This document shows, piece after piece, positions 17,452 through 28,427 of a stretch of 64,000 nucleotides of DNA. Under the pieces are notes generated by a model that saw only the letters and a list, made by a program, of their open reading frames with translations, was not told the origin of the DNA and ran no database searches. The DNA comes from Treponemataceae bacterium (GTDB lineage Bacteria; Spirochaetota; Spirochaetia; Treponematales; Rectinemataceae). Each line of letters begins with the position of its first letter. The stretch's first letter is position 1. The stretch lies in NCBI GenBank assembly GCA_963677895.2, contig CAXXGJ010000038.1:480001-544000 (forward strand). The letters are read 5' to 3'. The translations under genes and the position numbers were made by a program.

Positions 17452-19041
17452 ATGATCCAATACAGGAACCTCGACGATTGCAATAGTTACGCGGCTTTGG
17501 CGAGCCTGCCCAAGGTCGACGTCTCCCGGGCGCTCACGCCGGAACGCGTGGCGGCGTACACGGCGCAGATGCCCGAGGGCTTTACGTTCTGCTACGCCGC
17601 CGCCCCCGTGAACGAAGCGCTGATAGACGCCATGCAGAGGCTCGCGGACGTTCAGGAACTCGTTGAAAAATACAAGGCCCTTGTCAGCGGCGAGGTCATG
17701 AATACCGGCGAGAAGAGAATGGTCCTCCACCATCTGGCGAGGGGACAGCTCGGCCGGGCCGTCGTCTCCGGGAGGACAGGACATCCGCGGCTTCTACGAA
17801 GCCGAACGCGGGAAGATAGCCGATTTCGCGAAGGCCGTGCATTCGGGAAAGATCTTGGGCTCGACGGGCAAGCCCTTCGCGACGGCCGTGCAGATAGGCA
17901 TCGGCGGATCGGATCTCGGCCCCCGCGCCTCCTATATGGCGCTCGAACGCTGGGCCGCGGCGGAGCGCCGGCTGAAGATGCGCGCGCGCTTCATCTCGAA
18001 CGTGGACCCCGACGACGCGGACCAGGTGCTGCGGGGCCTCGACCTCGAGACCACTCTCTTCATCCTCGTGTCCAAGAGCGGAACCACGCAGGAAACGCTC
18101 GCGAACGAGACGCTGGTGCGCAACCGCCTCGAATCCGCAGGCCTCGACGGCTCCAGGCATCTGGTGGCGGTGACGAGCAGGACGAGCCCTCTGGCCCAGA
18201 ATCCCGGCTACATCGCCAGCTTCTTCATCGACGATTTCATCGGAGGACGCTATTCGACATCGAGCGCAGTCGGGGGCGTCGTCCTCTCCCTCGCCTTCGG
18301 TCCCGAAACCTTCGCCGAGTTCCTGGAGGGAGCCCACGCGGTGGATCGGGCCGCCATGGAGCCGAACATACGCAAGAACGCCACGTTGCTCGACGCCATG
18401 ATCGGGCTCTACGAAAGGAATGTCCTGGGCATGCCCTTCACCGCCGTCCTGCCTTACGCGGAGGCCCTGTCGCGCTTTCCCGCCCATCTCCAGCAGCTGG
18501 ACATGGAATCGAACGGCAAGTCAGTCAACCGCGAAGGCAAGCCCATCGCGTATTCCACCGGCCCCGTCGTCTTCGGCGAACCGGGCACGAACGGCCAGCA
18601 TTCGTTCTACCAGCTCCTGCACCAGGGGACGGACAGGGTGCCGCTCCAGTTCATCGGATTCACCGAAAACCAGCATTCCGACGATGTGCTCTCGATGGGC
18701 ACTTCGTCTAGGCAGAAACTCGTCGCCAATCTCCTCGCGCAGATCGTCGCCTTCGCGCGCGGCAAGGAAGACCAGAACCCCAACAAGCGCTTCGCCGGAG
18801 GCCGGCCGTCGACCCTGCTCCTGGGGGCAGGCTGGGACCGAAACAGCTCGGAGCCCTCTTCGCTCATTTCGAGAACAAGGTGATGTTCCAGGGATTCGCG
18901 TGGAACATCAACTCATTCGACCAGGAGGGGGTGCAGCTGGGCAAGCTGCTGGCCAACAAGATGCTCTCGATCATGCAGGGCGAAAAGACCGACGAGGCTG
19001 TCCTGAGCGCCATGGCGAAGATGGCCGGATTCCTCGAATGA
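17452..19041 (+). pseudogene. pgi: Glucose-6-phosphate isomerase with two frameshifts (likely homopolymer sequencing errors)
   Basis: [39 protein letters not shown]; frame changes at G-runs 17770-17772 and 18823-18827. Confidence 0.85.
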
Positions 19042-20237
19042 GCGGCGGAACCGGCGGCGTCGCCGCGACGGAGACTAGGACATCCAAAGCCGCCGCGACG
19101 CCGCTCATCGCCTTCACCGGCGGGGGTACGGGAGGACATATCTACCCGGGCCTCGCCGTCATCCAGGCGCTGAGGGCCAAAGGCTTCGGCGGGCGCATCG
19201 TCTGGATAGGCTCGCGAAAAGACCTGGACCGCAACATCGTCGAGAAGGAAGGCATAGAATATTTCGCCATTCCCTCGGGCAAACTTCGCCGCTCCCTCAC
19301 GCTGAAGAACCTGGCCGACGCGTTCCGCGTCGCCGCGGGCTTCGTCGCATCGAGACGACTCCTCGCCTCGCTCAAGCCGGCCCTCCTCTTTTCCAAGGGT
19401 GGTTACGTGAGCGTTCCTCCCTGCCGCGCGGCGGCATCGCTGGGAATTCCCTACTTCACCCACGAATCGGACACGAGCCCCGGACTCGCCACGCGGCTCA
19501 ACGCGGGCAAGGCCGCGAAAATACTCTTGAGCTGGCCGAAGACAGCCTCCATGCTCGGCGCGGCGCTGCGGGACAGGATCGCCATCGTGGGCAACCCCGT
19601 CAGGCCCAGCCTTTTCCTCGGCGACGCCGAAAAAGGCAGGAAAATTCTCGGCGCTCCCGACGGCCTTCCGATCGTCTTCTTCGTCGGCGGCAGCCAGGGT
19701 TCGCGCCAGGTCAACGAAATCGTGCGGGCGATCAGGCCCAAGCTCGAAGGAAAAGCATTCATCGCCCATCAGACGGGCAAGGATCTTTTCGATCCGGCCG
19801 CCAATGCCCAAAAGCCGGGATGCTATACCGCCCTGCCCTATATCGGCGAGGAAATGAGCGACATCCTGGCGGCTTCCACGATCGTGGCGGGCAGAGCCGG
19901 CGCCGGAACGGTCTGGGAATCGGCGGCTCTCGGCAAGCCCATGGTCTTGATCCCCCTCGCGGGCGCGGGAACGCGCGGAGACCAGGTGGAGAACGCCGAG
20001 ATGGCCGAAAAGGCCGGGGCGGGTATCTGTCTCGGTAGCGGAAAGGCTTCGCCGGAAAACACGCTCGCGGCCATCCTGGGCTATCTGGAAAATCCATCGG
20101 CCAGCGATGGAGCCAGGAAAGCGGGCCTCGCTCTCGCCAGCGTAAAAGGCGAAGACGGCGCTTCGGCGCTCTCGGCGGACTACATCGCCGATCTCATCAT
20201 TGAACAAGTAAACAAAGCGCCAGGAGGAACTCTATGA
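19038..20237 (+). CDS. murG: Lipid II GlcNAc transferase MurG
   Basis: [37 protein letters not shown] overlap with pgi stop. Confidence 0.95.
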   Translation: MSGGTGGVAATETRTSKAAATPLIAFTGGGTGGHIYPGLAVIQALRAKGFGGRIVWIGSRKDLDRNIVEKEGIEYFAIPSGKLRRSLTLKNLADAFRVAAGFVASRRLLASLKPALLFSKGGYVSVPPCRAAASLGIPYFTHESDTSPGLATRLNAGKAAKILLSWPKTASMLGAALRDRIAIVGNPVRPSLFLGDAEKGRKILGAPDGLPIVFFVGGSQGSRQVNEIVRAIRPKLEGKAFIAHQTGKDLFDPAANAQKPGCYTALPYIGEEMSDILAASTIVAGRAGAGTVWESAALGKPMVLIPLAGAGTRGDQVENAEMAEKAGAGICLGSGKASPENTLAAILGYLENPSASDGARKAGLALASVKGEDGASALSADYIADLIIEQVNKAPGGTL

Positions 20238-20773
20238 GCACCATGGACTGGATATTCACGGGCATCATCATCATTCTCGCCGCGCGCTGTTTCGTTCGCG
20301 GCTTCGTCCAGGAAGTTCTTTCGGTGGCGTCCTACGCGGTAGGCCTTTTCGCCGGATTGCTTTTCTCCAATACGGTCATAGAATTCGCCGCCAAGAAGCT
20401 GGGGACGGGAGCCTTGCCTCCCAGCGTTCAGTATGTCATCGCCTTCATAATCTGCTTCGTTCTGGGATTCCTCATCATGAAGCTCATCGAAAAACTCATC
20501 CGGGAAGGGCTAGAGGCGGCCAACCTCGACATCTTCGACAGAGTGCTCGGCCTCGTACTCGGGATCGCCGAAGGACTGGCCATCGTGGCGCTCGTCCTCG
20601 TCGTCATGGAAATCCAGCCTTTCTTCGACGTCAAGACAGCCCTGGCCAACTCGTTTTTCGCCAGCACCATGCTTCCCATCATAGGGCCCGCGATAAACGA
20701 AACCTTGAAGCCCGCCCTTGAGGGAACGGGCAAATCCTTGAACCTGCAGAATCTCTTCAAGCCAAAGAAGTAG
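20234..20773 (+). CDS. cvpA: CvpA family membrane protein
   Basis: RGFVQE, DRVLGLVLG, four hydrophobic segments. Confidence 0.88.
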   Translation: MSTMDWIFTGIIIILAARCFVRGFVQEVLSVASYAVGLFAGLLFSNTVIEFAAKKLGTGALPPSVQYVIAFIICFVLGFLIMKLIEKLIREGLEAANLDIFDRVLGLVLGIAEGLAIVALVLVVMEIQPFFDVKTALANSFFASTMLPIIGPAINETLKPALEGTGKSLNLQNLFKPKK

Positions 20774-20775
20774 CT

Positions 20776-22068
20776 ATGTACGAGAATTTACTTGCCCAGG
20801 AAGCGACGGCAGCCTCTCTCATCGGCGATATAGGAAGCGGTTCCCTGCCGCCGGCCCTGTTGTTTTCGGGACCTCCGGCTTCCGGCAAGCTTACCGCGGC
20901 TCTGGAGACGGCCAGAGTCCTTTCCTGCACGAGGCAAGGCGCCTGGAACTGCGCTTGTCCCGATTGCGCGAGGCATCGGCAGCTCATCCACGGCGACCTC
21001 CTTCTCTTCGGGAAACGCAGCTTTCCCGAGGAAATCCTGGTGGCTAAGGAATTTTTCCTCCGTCGCCCCGGCCAGCCCTCCGCCTACTTTTTCCTGCGTT
21101 CGATCCGGAAACTGCTCGCCCGCTTCAACCCCGCGCTGTGGAGCGGCGAGGAAACGAGGCTGGGAAAAGCCGCGAGCCTCCTCCAGTCGATCGAGGAATC
21201 CATGGACCTCATCGATCCCGAGGCGCTGGCCCCCGACAACCTGCGCGAAGGCATCCCGCCTTCCGTCGCCAAAGCCGTGGACTCCGCCTATGCCGACGCC
21301 CTGGCCCTCGAAGTCTTCGCGCCCGAAGCCCCGGGCGTCTTCATGATCCGCAATATGGCGGTCTGGGCCCAGCTGGCCCCCGCCGGGAACTGCAAGACTA
21401 TCATCATAGAAAACGCCGACAGGATGCAGGACTCGGCCAGGAACGCCATGCTGAAAATACTGGAAGAACCGCCGAAAACGGTTCGCTTCATCCTGCTCAC
21501 GAGCCGACGGGCTTCCATGATGGCCACCATCCTCTCGCGTTCGCGGCTCTATTCCTTCGCTCCGCGCGATCAGGCGGCTACCGAGCTCATTCTCTCCAGG
21601 GTCTTCAAATCGAACGAGATGACGCCCAGCCTCCAAGCCTACTTCGAATCCCGCATCCCCTTCCCTCCCGCTCTGGCGAAACTCCACGCGGAACGTTTCA
21701 CCGGCAGGATACTGCTCGACCTGGGCGATAAAATCCCCATCGACGGCCCTTACGGCCGCCTCCTCGCGTCCGACGCGGGCAAGTCGGGAAAATCCATGCC
21801 GGAGCTTCTGGAAGAGCTTGGCGAGGCAACAGGAGGGTTCGGGGCCAAGGACAAGACGATGGCCGGCTCCTTCAACCACTTCATACGCGCCCTGCTTTCG
21901 GTTTTTTCAGGATTGCTGAGGGAATCGGCGGGGGAGCCGGCCATCGTCGCGGCGATAGACCGCTGGTCGCGGCTCGCCCGCGAGGCCGCGATCCAGTACG
22001 GCTCGCTGAACCGGAGCCCTGACCTGCTAATCAAAGTGCTCGCCACATCATTCGGAGACGATCTATGA
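20776..22068 (+). CDS. holB: DNA polymerase III delta'-like subunit
   Basis: LLFSGPPASGK, Cys cluster, IENADRM..ARNAMLKILEEPP, TILSR. Confidence 0.75.
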   Translation: MYENLLAQEATAASLIGDIGSGSLPPALLFSGPPASGKLTAALETARVLSCTRQGAWNCACPDCARHRQLIHGDLLLFGKRSFPEEILVAKEFFLRRPGQPSAYFFLRSIRKLLARFNPALWSGEETRLGKAASLLQSIEESMDLIDPEALAPDNLREGIPPSVAKAVDSAYADALALEVFAPEAPGVFMIRNMAVWAQLAPAGNCKTIIIENADRMQDSARNAMLKILEEPPKTVRFILLTSRRASMMATILSRSRLYSFAPRDQAATELILSRVFKSNEMTPSLQAYFESRIPFPPALAKLHAERFTGRILLDLGDKIPIDGPYGRLLASDAGKSGKSMPELLEELGEATGGFGAKDKTMAGSFNHFIRALLSVFSGLLRESAGEPAIVAAIDRWSRLAREAAIQYGSLNRSPDLLIKVLATSFGDDL

Positions 22069-23258
22069 GATCCTCATTCCTGGGAAAGGCCCTGTCGCGG
22101 GCGGACAAGCTGACAAACGACCAGCTTCGGTCCCTGTTCAATGAACTCGTGCTGTCGAACGACAGGCTGGAAGCCGCCCTCCAGTCGATGTTCGACGGTA
22201 TCGTCGTCTGCAGCCTGAACCATGAGCCCGTGCTCATCAACAAATCAGCCGAAAGGATTCTCCGCATCCAGGGCGGATGGGGAGGAAGCCCCTTCTGGAT
22301 GGCGATCGCCGACGAGGAACTCAAGGATTTCTTCTATAAAGCGCTGACCTCGGAGGAGACGATCCTGGGACGCGAGTTCGCCCTCCAGAGTTCAGGAGGA
22401 ACGCGCATCATAGCGATCAGCCTCTCGGCCCTGCTCGCCGAAGACAGGATAGCAGGCACCATCATCCACATCGAGGACATCACCGAAAAGCGAAAGAAGG
22501 AAACCCAGCTCCGAAGGGCCGAGAGCCTCGCCGCGCTGACGACGCTGGCCGCCGGCGTGGCTCATGAGATCAACAATCCACTGGGTTCCATTTCCATAAG
22601 GATCCAGCTTCTCGAAAAGCTGCTGAAGGCCGAGAATACGGATAAAGCCGCGATCAAGAAGCATCTCAATGTCGTAAAAGAGGAAATGGACAGGCTCAAG
22701 CACATAGTCGTGGATTTTCTTTTCGCCGTCAGGCCGATGGATATACAGCTCATGAGCGAAAACCCGGCCCAGATCGTCGAGGAAATCGCCGATCTCATCC
22801 AGCCCGAGGCCGACAGAAAAGGAATCAATGTCGAAGTGTCGATCGGCGACGATCTGCCGCGCGTTCTCATGGACAAACGCCATATAAAGCAGGCGCTTCT
22901 CAATCTTATCCAGAACGCGATGGCCGCCATGCCCGAGGGGGGAAACCTGGGCATAGCGGTGGCGGCTACCAATGACGAGTTGACGATTTCCGTCTCCGAC
23001 ACGGGCACCGGCATTCCCGAGGATATGCTCACGAAGATTTTCGAGCCGTATTTCACGACGAAAAAGAGCGGGACCGGCCTCGGTCTCACCATCACGTTCA
23101 AGATCATCAAGGAACATTCCGGGGATATCAGCCTCGAATCCAAGGAAGGGAAAGGATCCACGTTCACCATCCATCTTCCCGTTCCTCAAAAAGAGAAGAA
23201 ATCGCTTCCCCAATGGCAGGATTCGGCGGCTATCGCCGGATCACAGGCGGAGGACTAG
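22065..23258 (+). CDS. PAS-domain sensor histidine kinase (Hk2/NtrB-like)
   Basis: AHEINNPL, NLIQNA, DTGTG, FEPYFTTK, GTGLGL. Confidence 0.93.
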   Translation: MRSSFLGKALSRADKLTNDQLRSLFNELVLSNDRLEAALQSMFDGIVVCSLNHEPVLINKSAERILRIQGGWGGSPFWMAIADEELKDFFYKALTSEETILGREFALQSSGGTRIIAISLSALLAEDRIAGTIIHIEDITEKRKKETQLRRAESLAALTTLAAGVAHEINNPLGSISIRIQLLEKLLKAENTDKAAIKKHLNVVKEEMDRLKHIVVDFLFAVRPMDIQLMSENPAQIVEEIADLIQPEADRKGINVEVSIGDDLPRVLMDKRHIKQALLNLIQNAMAAMPEGGNLGIAVAATNDELTISVSDTGTGIPEDMLTKIFEPYFTTKKSGTGLGLTITFKIIKEHSGDISLESKEGKGSTFTIHLPVPQKEKKSLPQWQDSAAIAGSQAED

Positions 23259-24659
23259 ATGCAGTTCACCATTCTCATCGTCGACGACGAAAAGAACATA
23301 CGCGACGGTCTCGCCGAGGCTTTCGGCATGGAGGGCTACGCCCCGTTGACCGCATCGGACGGCCAGGAGGCGATGCAGCTCCTCGAGGAACAGTATATCG
23401 ATCTCGTGATTACCGATCTGAAAATGCCGAAAGTCTCCGGCATGGAGCTTCTCCAGCATATCAAGCGCCGCTGGCAGAACGTCCCCGTCATCATCATCAC
23501 GGCCCACGGCGACATATCGGAAGCCGTTTCGGCGATGCAGTTCGGCGCCCTGGAATTCATCACGAAACCCCTCGATCTCGAACATCTCCTGAAACTCACG
23601 AAAAACGCCCTGGAAATCAGGGAACTCTCAATCAAGAACCAGGAGCTGCGCGAGGAGGTCCTCGCCCAGCAGCGCATCAGCTCGATAATCGGCAAGAGTC
23701 CGGCCATGCGGAAAATCTTCGATCTCATCCGCAAGGTGGCGCCTACGAGGGCGAGCGTCCTCATAACGGGAGAGTCCGGCGTCGGCAAGGAGCTGATAGC
23801 CGACGCGCTCCACAATCTTTCTCCGCGCAGGGACAAGCCGCTGATAAAAGTGCATTGCGCGGCGCTGGCCGAAAGCCTTCTGGAGAGCGAGCTCTTCGGG
23901 CATGAAAAAGGGGCGTTCACGGGAGCGCAGACGCGGAAAAGAGGTCGGTTCGAGTTGGCCGACACCGGAAGCTTGTTCCTCGACGAGATTGGCGAGATAA
24001 ACCAGAATGTCCAGATAAAGATCCTGCGGGTACTGCAGGACAGGAAATTCGAGAGGGTGGGCGGCGAATCCACGCTCGAAGTCGATGTGCGATTCATAGC
24101 GGCCACCAACAAGGACCTGAAGGACGAAATTACGGCAGGGCATTTCAGGGAAGACCTCTATTACAGGCTCAACGTCGTCAACATCCACGTCCCTCCCCTG
24201 CGGGAAAGGCGCGAGGACATTCCCCTCCTCGCCGCTACCTTCCTCCACGAATTCAGCCAGGAAAACGGCAAGAAAATCGAGGGATTCGATCCTCGGTCCA
24301 GGCAGGCGCTCTACGCCTACGATTGGCCGGGCAATGTGCGCGAACTGCGCAACTGCATCGAGAGCGCCGTGGTGATGGCCTCGACGCAATTCATAACGGT
24401 GGACGATCTTCCTCCCGGACCGCGTTCCACCCAGGAAAAGAAGGAGCTGCATCTTCCCGCCTTCTGCACGCTCGAGGAGGCCGAAAAAATCATCATCGCC
24501 GAAACGCTCGCCATGCTGGGAGGCAACAAGACGAAGACCGCCGAAGTGCTGAAGATAGGGCGCAAGACTTTGTACCAGAAGATCGAGGAGTACGGAATCG
24601 CCACCGCCGAAAAGCAGGAGCAGGCGAAAGATTCCCCGAAGGACGAGGAAAAAAAATAA
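23259..24659 (+). CDS. Sigma54-dependent response regulator (Rrp2/NtrC-like)
   Basis: Receiver domain, GESGVGKE, GAFTGA, FLDEIG, WPGNVREL, Fis-type HTH. Confidence 0.95.
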   Translation: MQFTILIVDDEKNIRDGLAEAFGMEGYAPLTASDGQEAMQLLEEQYIDLVITDLKMPKVSGMELLQHIKRRWQNVPVIIITAHGDISEAVSAMQFGALEFITKPLDLEHLLKLTKNALEIRELSIKNQELREEVLAQQRISSIIGKSPAMRKIFDLIRKVAPTRASVLITGESGVGKELIADALHNLSPRRDKPLIKVHCAALAESLLESELFGHEKGAFTGAQTRKRGRFELADTGSLFLDEIGEINQNVQIKILRVLQDRKFERVGGESTLEVDVRFIAATNKDLKDEITAGHFREDLYYRLNVVNIHVPPLRERREDIPLLAATFLHEFSQENGKKIEGFDPRSRQALYAYDWPGNVRELRNCIESAVVMASTQFITVDDLPPGPRSTQEKKELHLPAFCTLEEAEKIIIAETLAMLGGNKTKTAEVLKIGRKTLYQKIEEYGIATAEKQEQAKDSPKDEEKK

Positions 24660-24677
24660 GGGAGCCTTCCGGCTCCC
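24660..24677. terminator. Hairpin between convergent genes
   Basis: GGGAGCC-ttcc-GGCTCCC; A-rich flank gives a T-tract on the minus strand. Confidence 0.55.
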
Positions 24678-24707
24678 TTCGGTCGCTTCGCGTTTCGTCG
24701 CAGTCTC

Positions 24708-25520
24708 TCAGAATATGCCCTTCCGGCGGCTTGTGAGCTTGGCCCTGAGCCTGATGATCGCTTTTGTATGCAGCTGGCTAATCCGCGATTCGGTGACATC
24801 CAGTATCCGGCCGATTTCCCGCAGCGTCAGATTCTCATAATAATAGAGCACGAGAACCTTTTTCTCCTTTTCCGGAAGCTCGGTGATCGCCTGTTTAATG
24901 ACCCGCCTGATTTCTTCTTTTTCGACGGAGGAATCGGGGTTGAGACCTCTCGGCGATTCGATGCTCTCGCCGATGCACATCTTCTCGCTGTCGGTGCCGG
25001 AATTCCAGATGTCGTTGAGCGACAGGATGGCGGTGCTGGAAATCTTGCTCATGAGATGCGAGAATTCCGCTTCCCGAAGGTTCATGGAAGCGGCGATTTC
25101 CGAGTCCGAGGCGGGACGTCCGAGTCTCGCCTCCAGGATCATCACCGCCTGCTCGATTTCCTTGGCTTTCTGCCTCACCGAGCGCGGGACCCAATCCATC
25201 TCCCTCAGGTGATCGTACATCGCGCCCCTGATTCTGGTGACGGCATAGGTCTTGAACTTTACGTGTTTGGCCGTATCGAACTTATCGATGGCATCGAAGA
25301 GGCCGAAGACTCCGTATCCCACCAGGTCGTCGTATTCAACAGACGAAGGGAGGTTCGCGGCCACTTTTCCGGCCACGTATTTCACGAGCGGAGCGTATTG
25401 CTCGACAAGATGATCCCTGATCCTGGGGTCACGGCTGCTCTGGTATTGCTCCCAAAGCTCGCGCTCCATCGATTCGGCGGAGTTGTCGATGTCGCTGTTG
25501 CATAAATCTATCGAGTCCAT
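24708..25520 (-). CDS. fliA: RNA polymerase sigma factor FliA/WhiG (sigma28)
   Basis: KFKTYAVTRIRGAMYDHLREMDWVPRSVR, LTLREIG..ESRISQLH. Confidence 0.95.
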   Translation of the reverse strand: MDSIDLCNSDIDNSAESMERELWEQYQSSRDPRIRDHLVEQYAPLVKYVAGKVAANLPSSVEYDDLVGYGVFGLFDAIDKFDTAKHVKFKTYAVTRIRGAMYDHLREMDWVPRSVRQKAKEIEQAVMILEARLGRPASDSEIAASMNLREAEFSHLMSKISSTAILSLNDIWNSGTDSEKMCIGESIESPRGLNPDSSVEKEEIRRVIKQAITELPEKEKKVLVLYYYENLTLREIGRILDVTESRISQLHTKAIIRLRAKLTSRRKGIF

Positions 25521-25538
25521 GGCTGATCGGCCCTCCTG

Positions 25539-26909
25539 CTACAAAATGTATTTGCTTAAATCCTGCCTTTCGGCATAATCCTTGAATTTCCCGTCTACGT
25601 ACGCGACATCGATCACGACATTCTGTCCGGCCATCGTGTCGGCTTCAAAAGATAGATCCTCGAGAAGCCGCTCCAGCACGGTATGGAGACGGCGGGCTCC
25701 GATGTTTTCGGTCTGCGTATTGGCGGCGGCCGCTATCTGGGCTATCCGCGCGATGGCGCCCTTCTCGAAGCTGATGTTCACCGACTCCGTCGAAAGAAGC
25801 TGGGCGTACTGGATGACCAGAGCGTTCTTGGGCTCGGTCAGTATCCTTTCGAAATCCCTGTCCGTAAGGGCGTCCAGTTCGACCCGGATGGGGAACCTGC
25901 CCTGGAGTTCGGGAATGAGGTCCTGGGGTTTGGAAACGGTGAAGGCTCCCGCCGCGATGAAGAGGATGTGCGTCGTGTCCACGGCGCCCCATTTCGTGTT
26001 GACGATGGTTCCCTCGACGATGGGTAGAAGGTCCCGCTGGACGCCTTCGCGCGAAACATCGATGCCCGAAGCGCCGCGGCCTTCCTTGTTGGCGACCTTG
26101 TCGAGCTCATCGATGAAGACGATACCGAAATCCTGGACGCGGCGCCTCGCTTCCTGGGCGGCCTTGTCGGGATCGACGAGTTTCTCCATTTCCTCGGCTT
26201 CGAGGATGGGGAGGGCTTCGGCCACGCTGACGCTCTTCTTCTTGCGTTTTCCGCCGAACATATTGCCTATGCTGCCCAGCGCGACGCCCATATCTTCCAT
26301 CTGGGTTCCCGCGAAAAGTTCCATGGAAGGCGCCGCCGCGTTCACGGTGATTTCCAGCTCGCGGGAATCAAGCTTGCCCTCGCGCAGGAGTTTCCTGAAT
26401 TTTTCGCGGGTCTCGTTCGGTGGAAGCGGCTGCACGAGCGTGGCCTGAGTGGAGCCTACCGGTTCCACCGAGTTGGACAAGCCGGGCAGGAGAAGATCGA
26501 GAAGACGTTCTTCGGCCCTCCTCTTCGCCTCGGCGGCCACTTCCACCTGCATCTCTTCCTTGACCATGGCCACGCCCGAAGCCATGAGGTCCCGTATCAT
26601 GGATTCGACGTCGCGCCCGACATAGCCCACTTCGGTGAACTTCGTAGCTTCCACCTTGATGAAGGGAGCTCCGCAGAGTTTGGCCAGTCTCCTGGCGATT
26701 TCGGTCTTGCCGACGCCCGTCGGGCCCATCATGAGAATGTTTTTGGGGGCTATCTCGTCGCGCATTTCCTCGGACAGGCGCTGGCGCCGCATGCGGTTGC
26801 GCAGCGCGATGGCCACGCTTTTCTTGGCCTTCGTCTGGCCGATGATGTATTTATCGAGTTCTTCGACTATGGCCCGGGGGGTCAGCGCATCGAATCCAAC
26901 CGCTGTCAT
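25539..26909 (-). CDS. hslU: HslU ATPase
   Basis: [32 protein letters not shown]. Confidence 0.98.
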   Translation of the reverse strand: MTAVGFDALTPRAIVEELDKYIIGQTKAKKSVAIALRNRMRRQRLSEEMRDEIAPKNILMMGPTGVGKTEIARRLAKLCGAPFIKVEATKFTEVGYVGRDVESMIRDLMASGVAMVKEEMQVEVAAEAKRRAEERLLDLLLPGLSNSVEPVGSTQATLVQPLPPNETREKFRKLLREGKLDSRELEITVNAAAPSMELFAGTQMEDMGVALGSIGNMFGGKRKKKSVSVAEALPILEAEEMEKLVDPDKAAQEARRRVQDFGIVFIDELDKVANKEGRGASGIDVSREGVQRDLLPIVEGTIVNTKWGAVDTTHILFIAAGAFTVSKPQDLIPELQGRFPIRVELDALTDRDFERILTEPKNALVIQYAQLLSTESVNISFEKGAIARIAQIAAAANTQTENIGARRLHTVLERLLEDLSFEADTMAGQNVVIDVAYVDGKFKDYAERQDLSKYIL

Positions 26910-27526
26910 ATTTCCTCCACCATGATCTTGTCGTTCGTGTAGATGCAGATGCCCGAAGCGATCTGGAGGCTCCTGCGCGCGATATCAGCCGCGCCCATGA
27001 AGGCGTGGAGGGGCGTATCGGAGGGATCTCCCGCGGGAAGCTGGACACCCGCCAGTTTTTCCTCGAAGCTCTTCGACGCTTCCAGGTAAGCCATGGCCGC
27101 CGCGTAGGCGTAGGGGCCGCCCGATCCGATGGCCACGGCGTCCTCGGCCGGGTCCACGACGTCGCCCGTTCCCGAGAGGAGGAGGGATTTCTTGGAGTCG
27201 GCCACGAGGAGCATGGCTTCGAGCTTGCGGAGGATCCTGTCGGTTCTCCAATCCTTGGCCAATTCCACGGCCGCCCTCGTCAGGTCGCCGCCGTATTCCT
27301 GAATCTTCACCTCAAAATGTTCGAGCAGGGCGAATGCGTCGGCTGTGGCGCCGGCGAAACCGCAGAGGACTTTCCCCCCGTAGATCGTGCGCACTTTGCG
27401 GGCGTTGCTCTTCATGACCGTCTCGCCCAGGGTGACCTGACCGTCGCCCGCCATGGCGACATGGCCATTCTTTCTCACGACGAGCACCGTCGTCGAACGG
27501 AATTTCATTCTGTCGCTATCGGACAT
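26906..27526 (-). CDS. hslV: HslV protease subunit
   Basis: [27 protein letters not shown]. Confidence 0.97.
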   Translation of the reverse strand: MSDSDRMKFRSTTVLVVRKNGHVAMAGDGQVTLGETVMKSNARKVRTIYGGKVLCGFAGATADAFALLEHFEVKIQEYGGDLTRAAVELAKDWRTDRILRKLEAMLLVADSKKSLLLSGTGDVVDPAEDAVAIGSGGPYAYAAAMAYLEASKSFEEKLAGVQLPAGDPSDTPLHAFMGAADIARRSLQIASGICIYTNDKIMVEEI

Positions 27527-27527
27527 C

Positions 27528-28424
27528 TTATCGCTCCTTCGTTCCATGCGGATGCGCGAGCTCGTAAACCTTGCGCAGATGCTCCATATCGACGTGGGTG
27601 TAAACCTGCGTCGTCGATATGCTCGAATGTCCCAGCATCTCCTGGACAACCCTGATGTCGGCGCCTGCCGCGACGAGCTGGGTCGCGAAGCTGTGCCTGA
27701 AAGCGTGCGGCGAAACGATCTTCTTCATGTTCGAGGCCGCGCGCCGTTTTTCCACTATCTTCTCGATGCCCCGCACGGTGAGGGGGCCGCCCTTGACGTT
27801 GATGAAGGCGCGCCTGTGATCCGACGCGCGCAGTTTCGTCAGGCGCATGGCGCGCATGACAAGGTAATTGGCGAGGGCGGTCGATGCCATCCTGCCGAGG
27901 AAGACGACTCTCTCCTTGGAACCTTTGCCCAGGACGCGGATGATCCCTCTCGGAAAATCTATCTTCTCGATCGTCATGCCCGCTATTTCCGAGGCCCGGC
28001 ATCCCGTGCTGTACAGGACTTCAAAAAGGGCCCTGTCGCGGGTTTCCGCGAAGCCCGTTCCGTCGATGGATTCGATGAGCTGAGCCATCTCGTCTTCGAA
28101 CATGAACTTGGGCAAGGGCCTCGTCGCCGAAAGGTTCTCCACTTCACGCCCGGGATCGCTCGTCAGGCCGCCGAAGCGCATCCTGTATCGATAGAAACCC
28201 CTGATGGTCGAAAGCGCGCGGTTGACGCTCGAGGCGGCCTTGCCTTCCATCACCAGGGTACCCGCGAAGGATCGGATGTCGTGCGCCACCGCAGCGTCGA
28301 TATCGGCGCCGGAGAGAAAGCTTTCGTACCGTTCCAGGTCGTCTCCATAGACGCGCAGGGTCCTCTCGGAAAGGCCGCGCACGGATTCGAGATAGGAAAG
28401 GTAGTCTTCGATCCTTTTATCCAT
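27528..28424 (-). CDS. xerC: Tyrosine recombinase XerC
   Basis: [32 protein letters not shown]; topA-xerC-hslV context. Confidence 0.85.
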   Translation of the reverse strand: MDKRIEDYLSYLESVRGLSERTLRVYGDDLERYESFLSGADIDAAVAHDIRSFAGTLVMEGKAASSVNRALSTIRGFYRYRMRFGGLTSDPGREVENLSATRPLPKFMFEDEMAQLIESIDGTGFAETRDRALFEVLYSTGCRASEIAGMTIEKIDFPRGIIRVLGKGSKERVVFLGRMASTALANYLVMRAMRLTKLRASDHRRAFINVKGGPLTVRGIEKIVEKRRAASNMKKIVSPHAFRHSFATQLVAAGADIRVVQEMLGHSSISTTQVYTHVDMEHLRKVYELAHPHGTKER

Positions 28425-28427
28425 CGA

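Noticed and set aside
18420..19037. Apparent long N-terminal extension of MurG in the ORF track
   Set aside because: Alternative frame over pgi; MurG starts at ATG 19038
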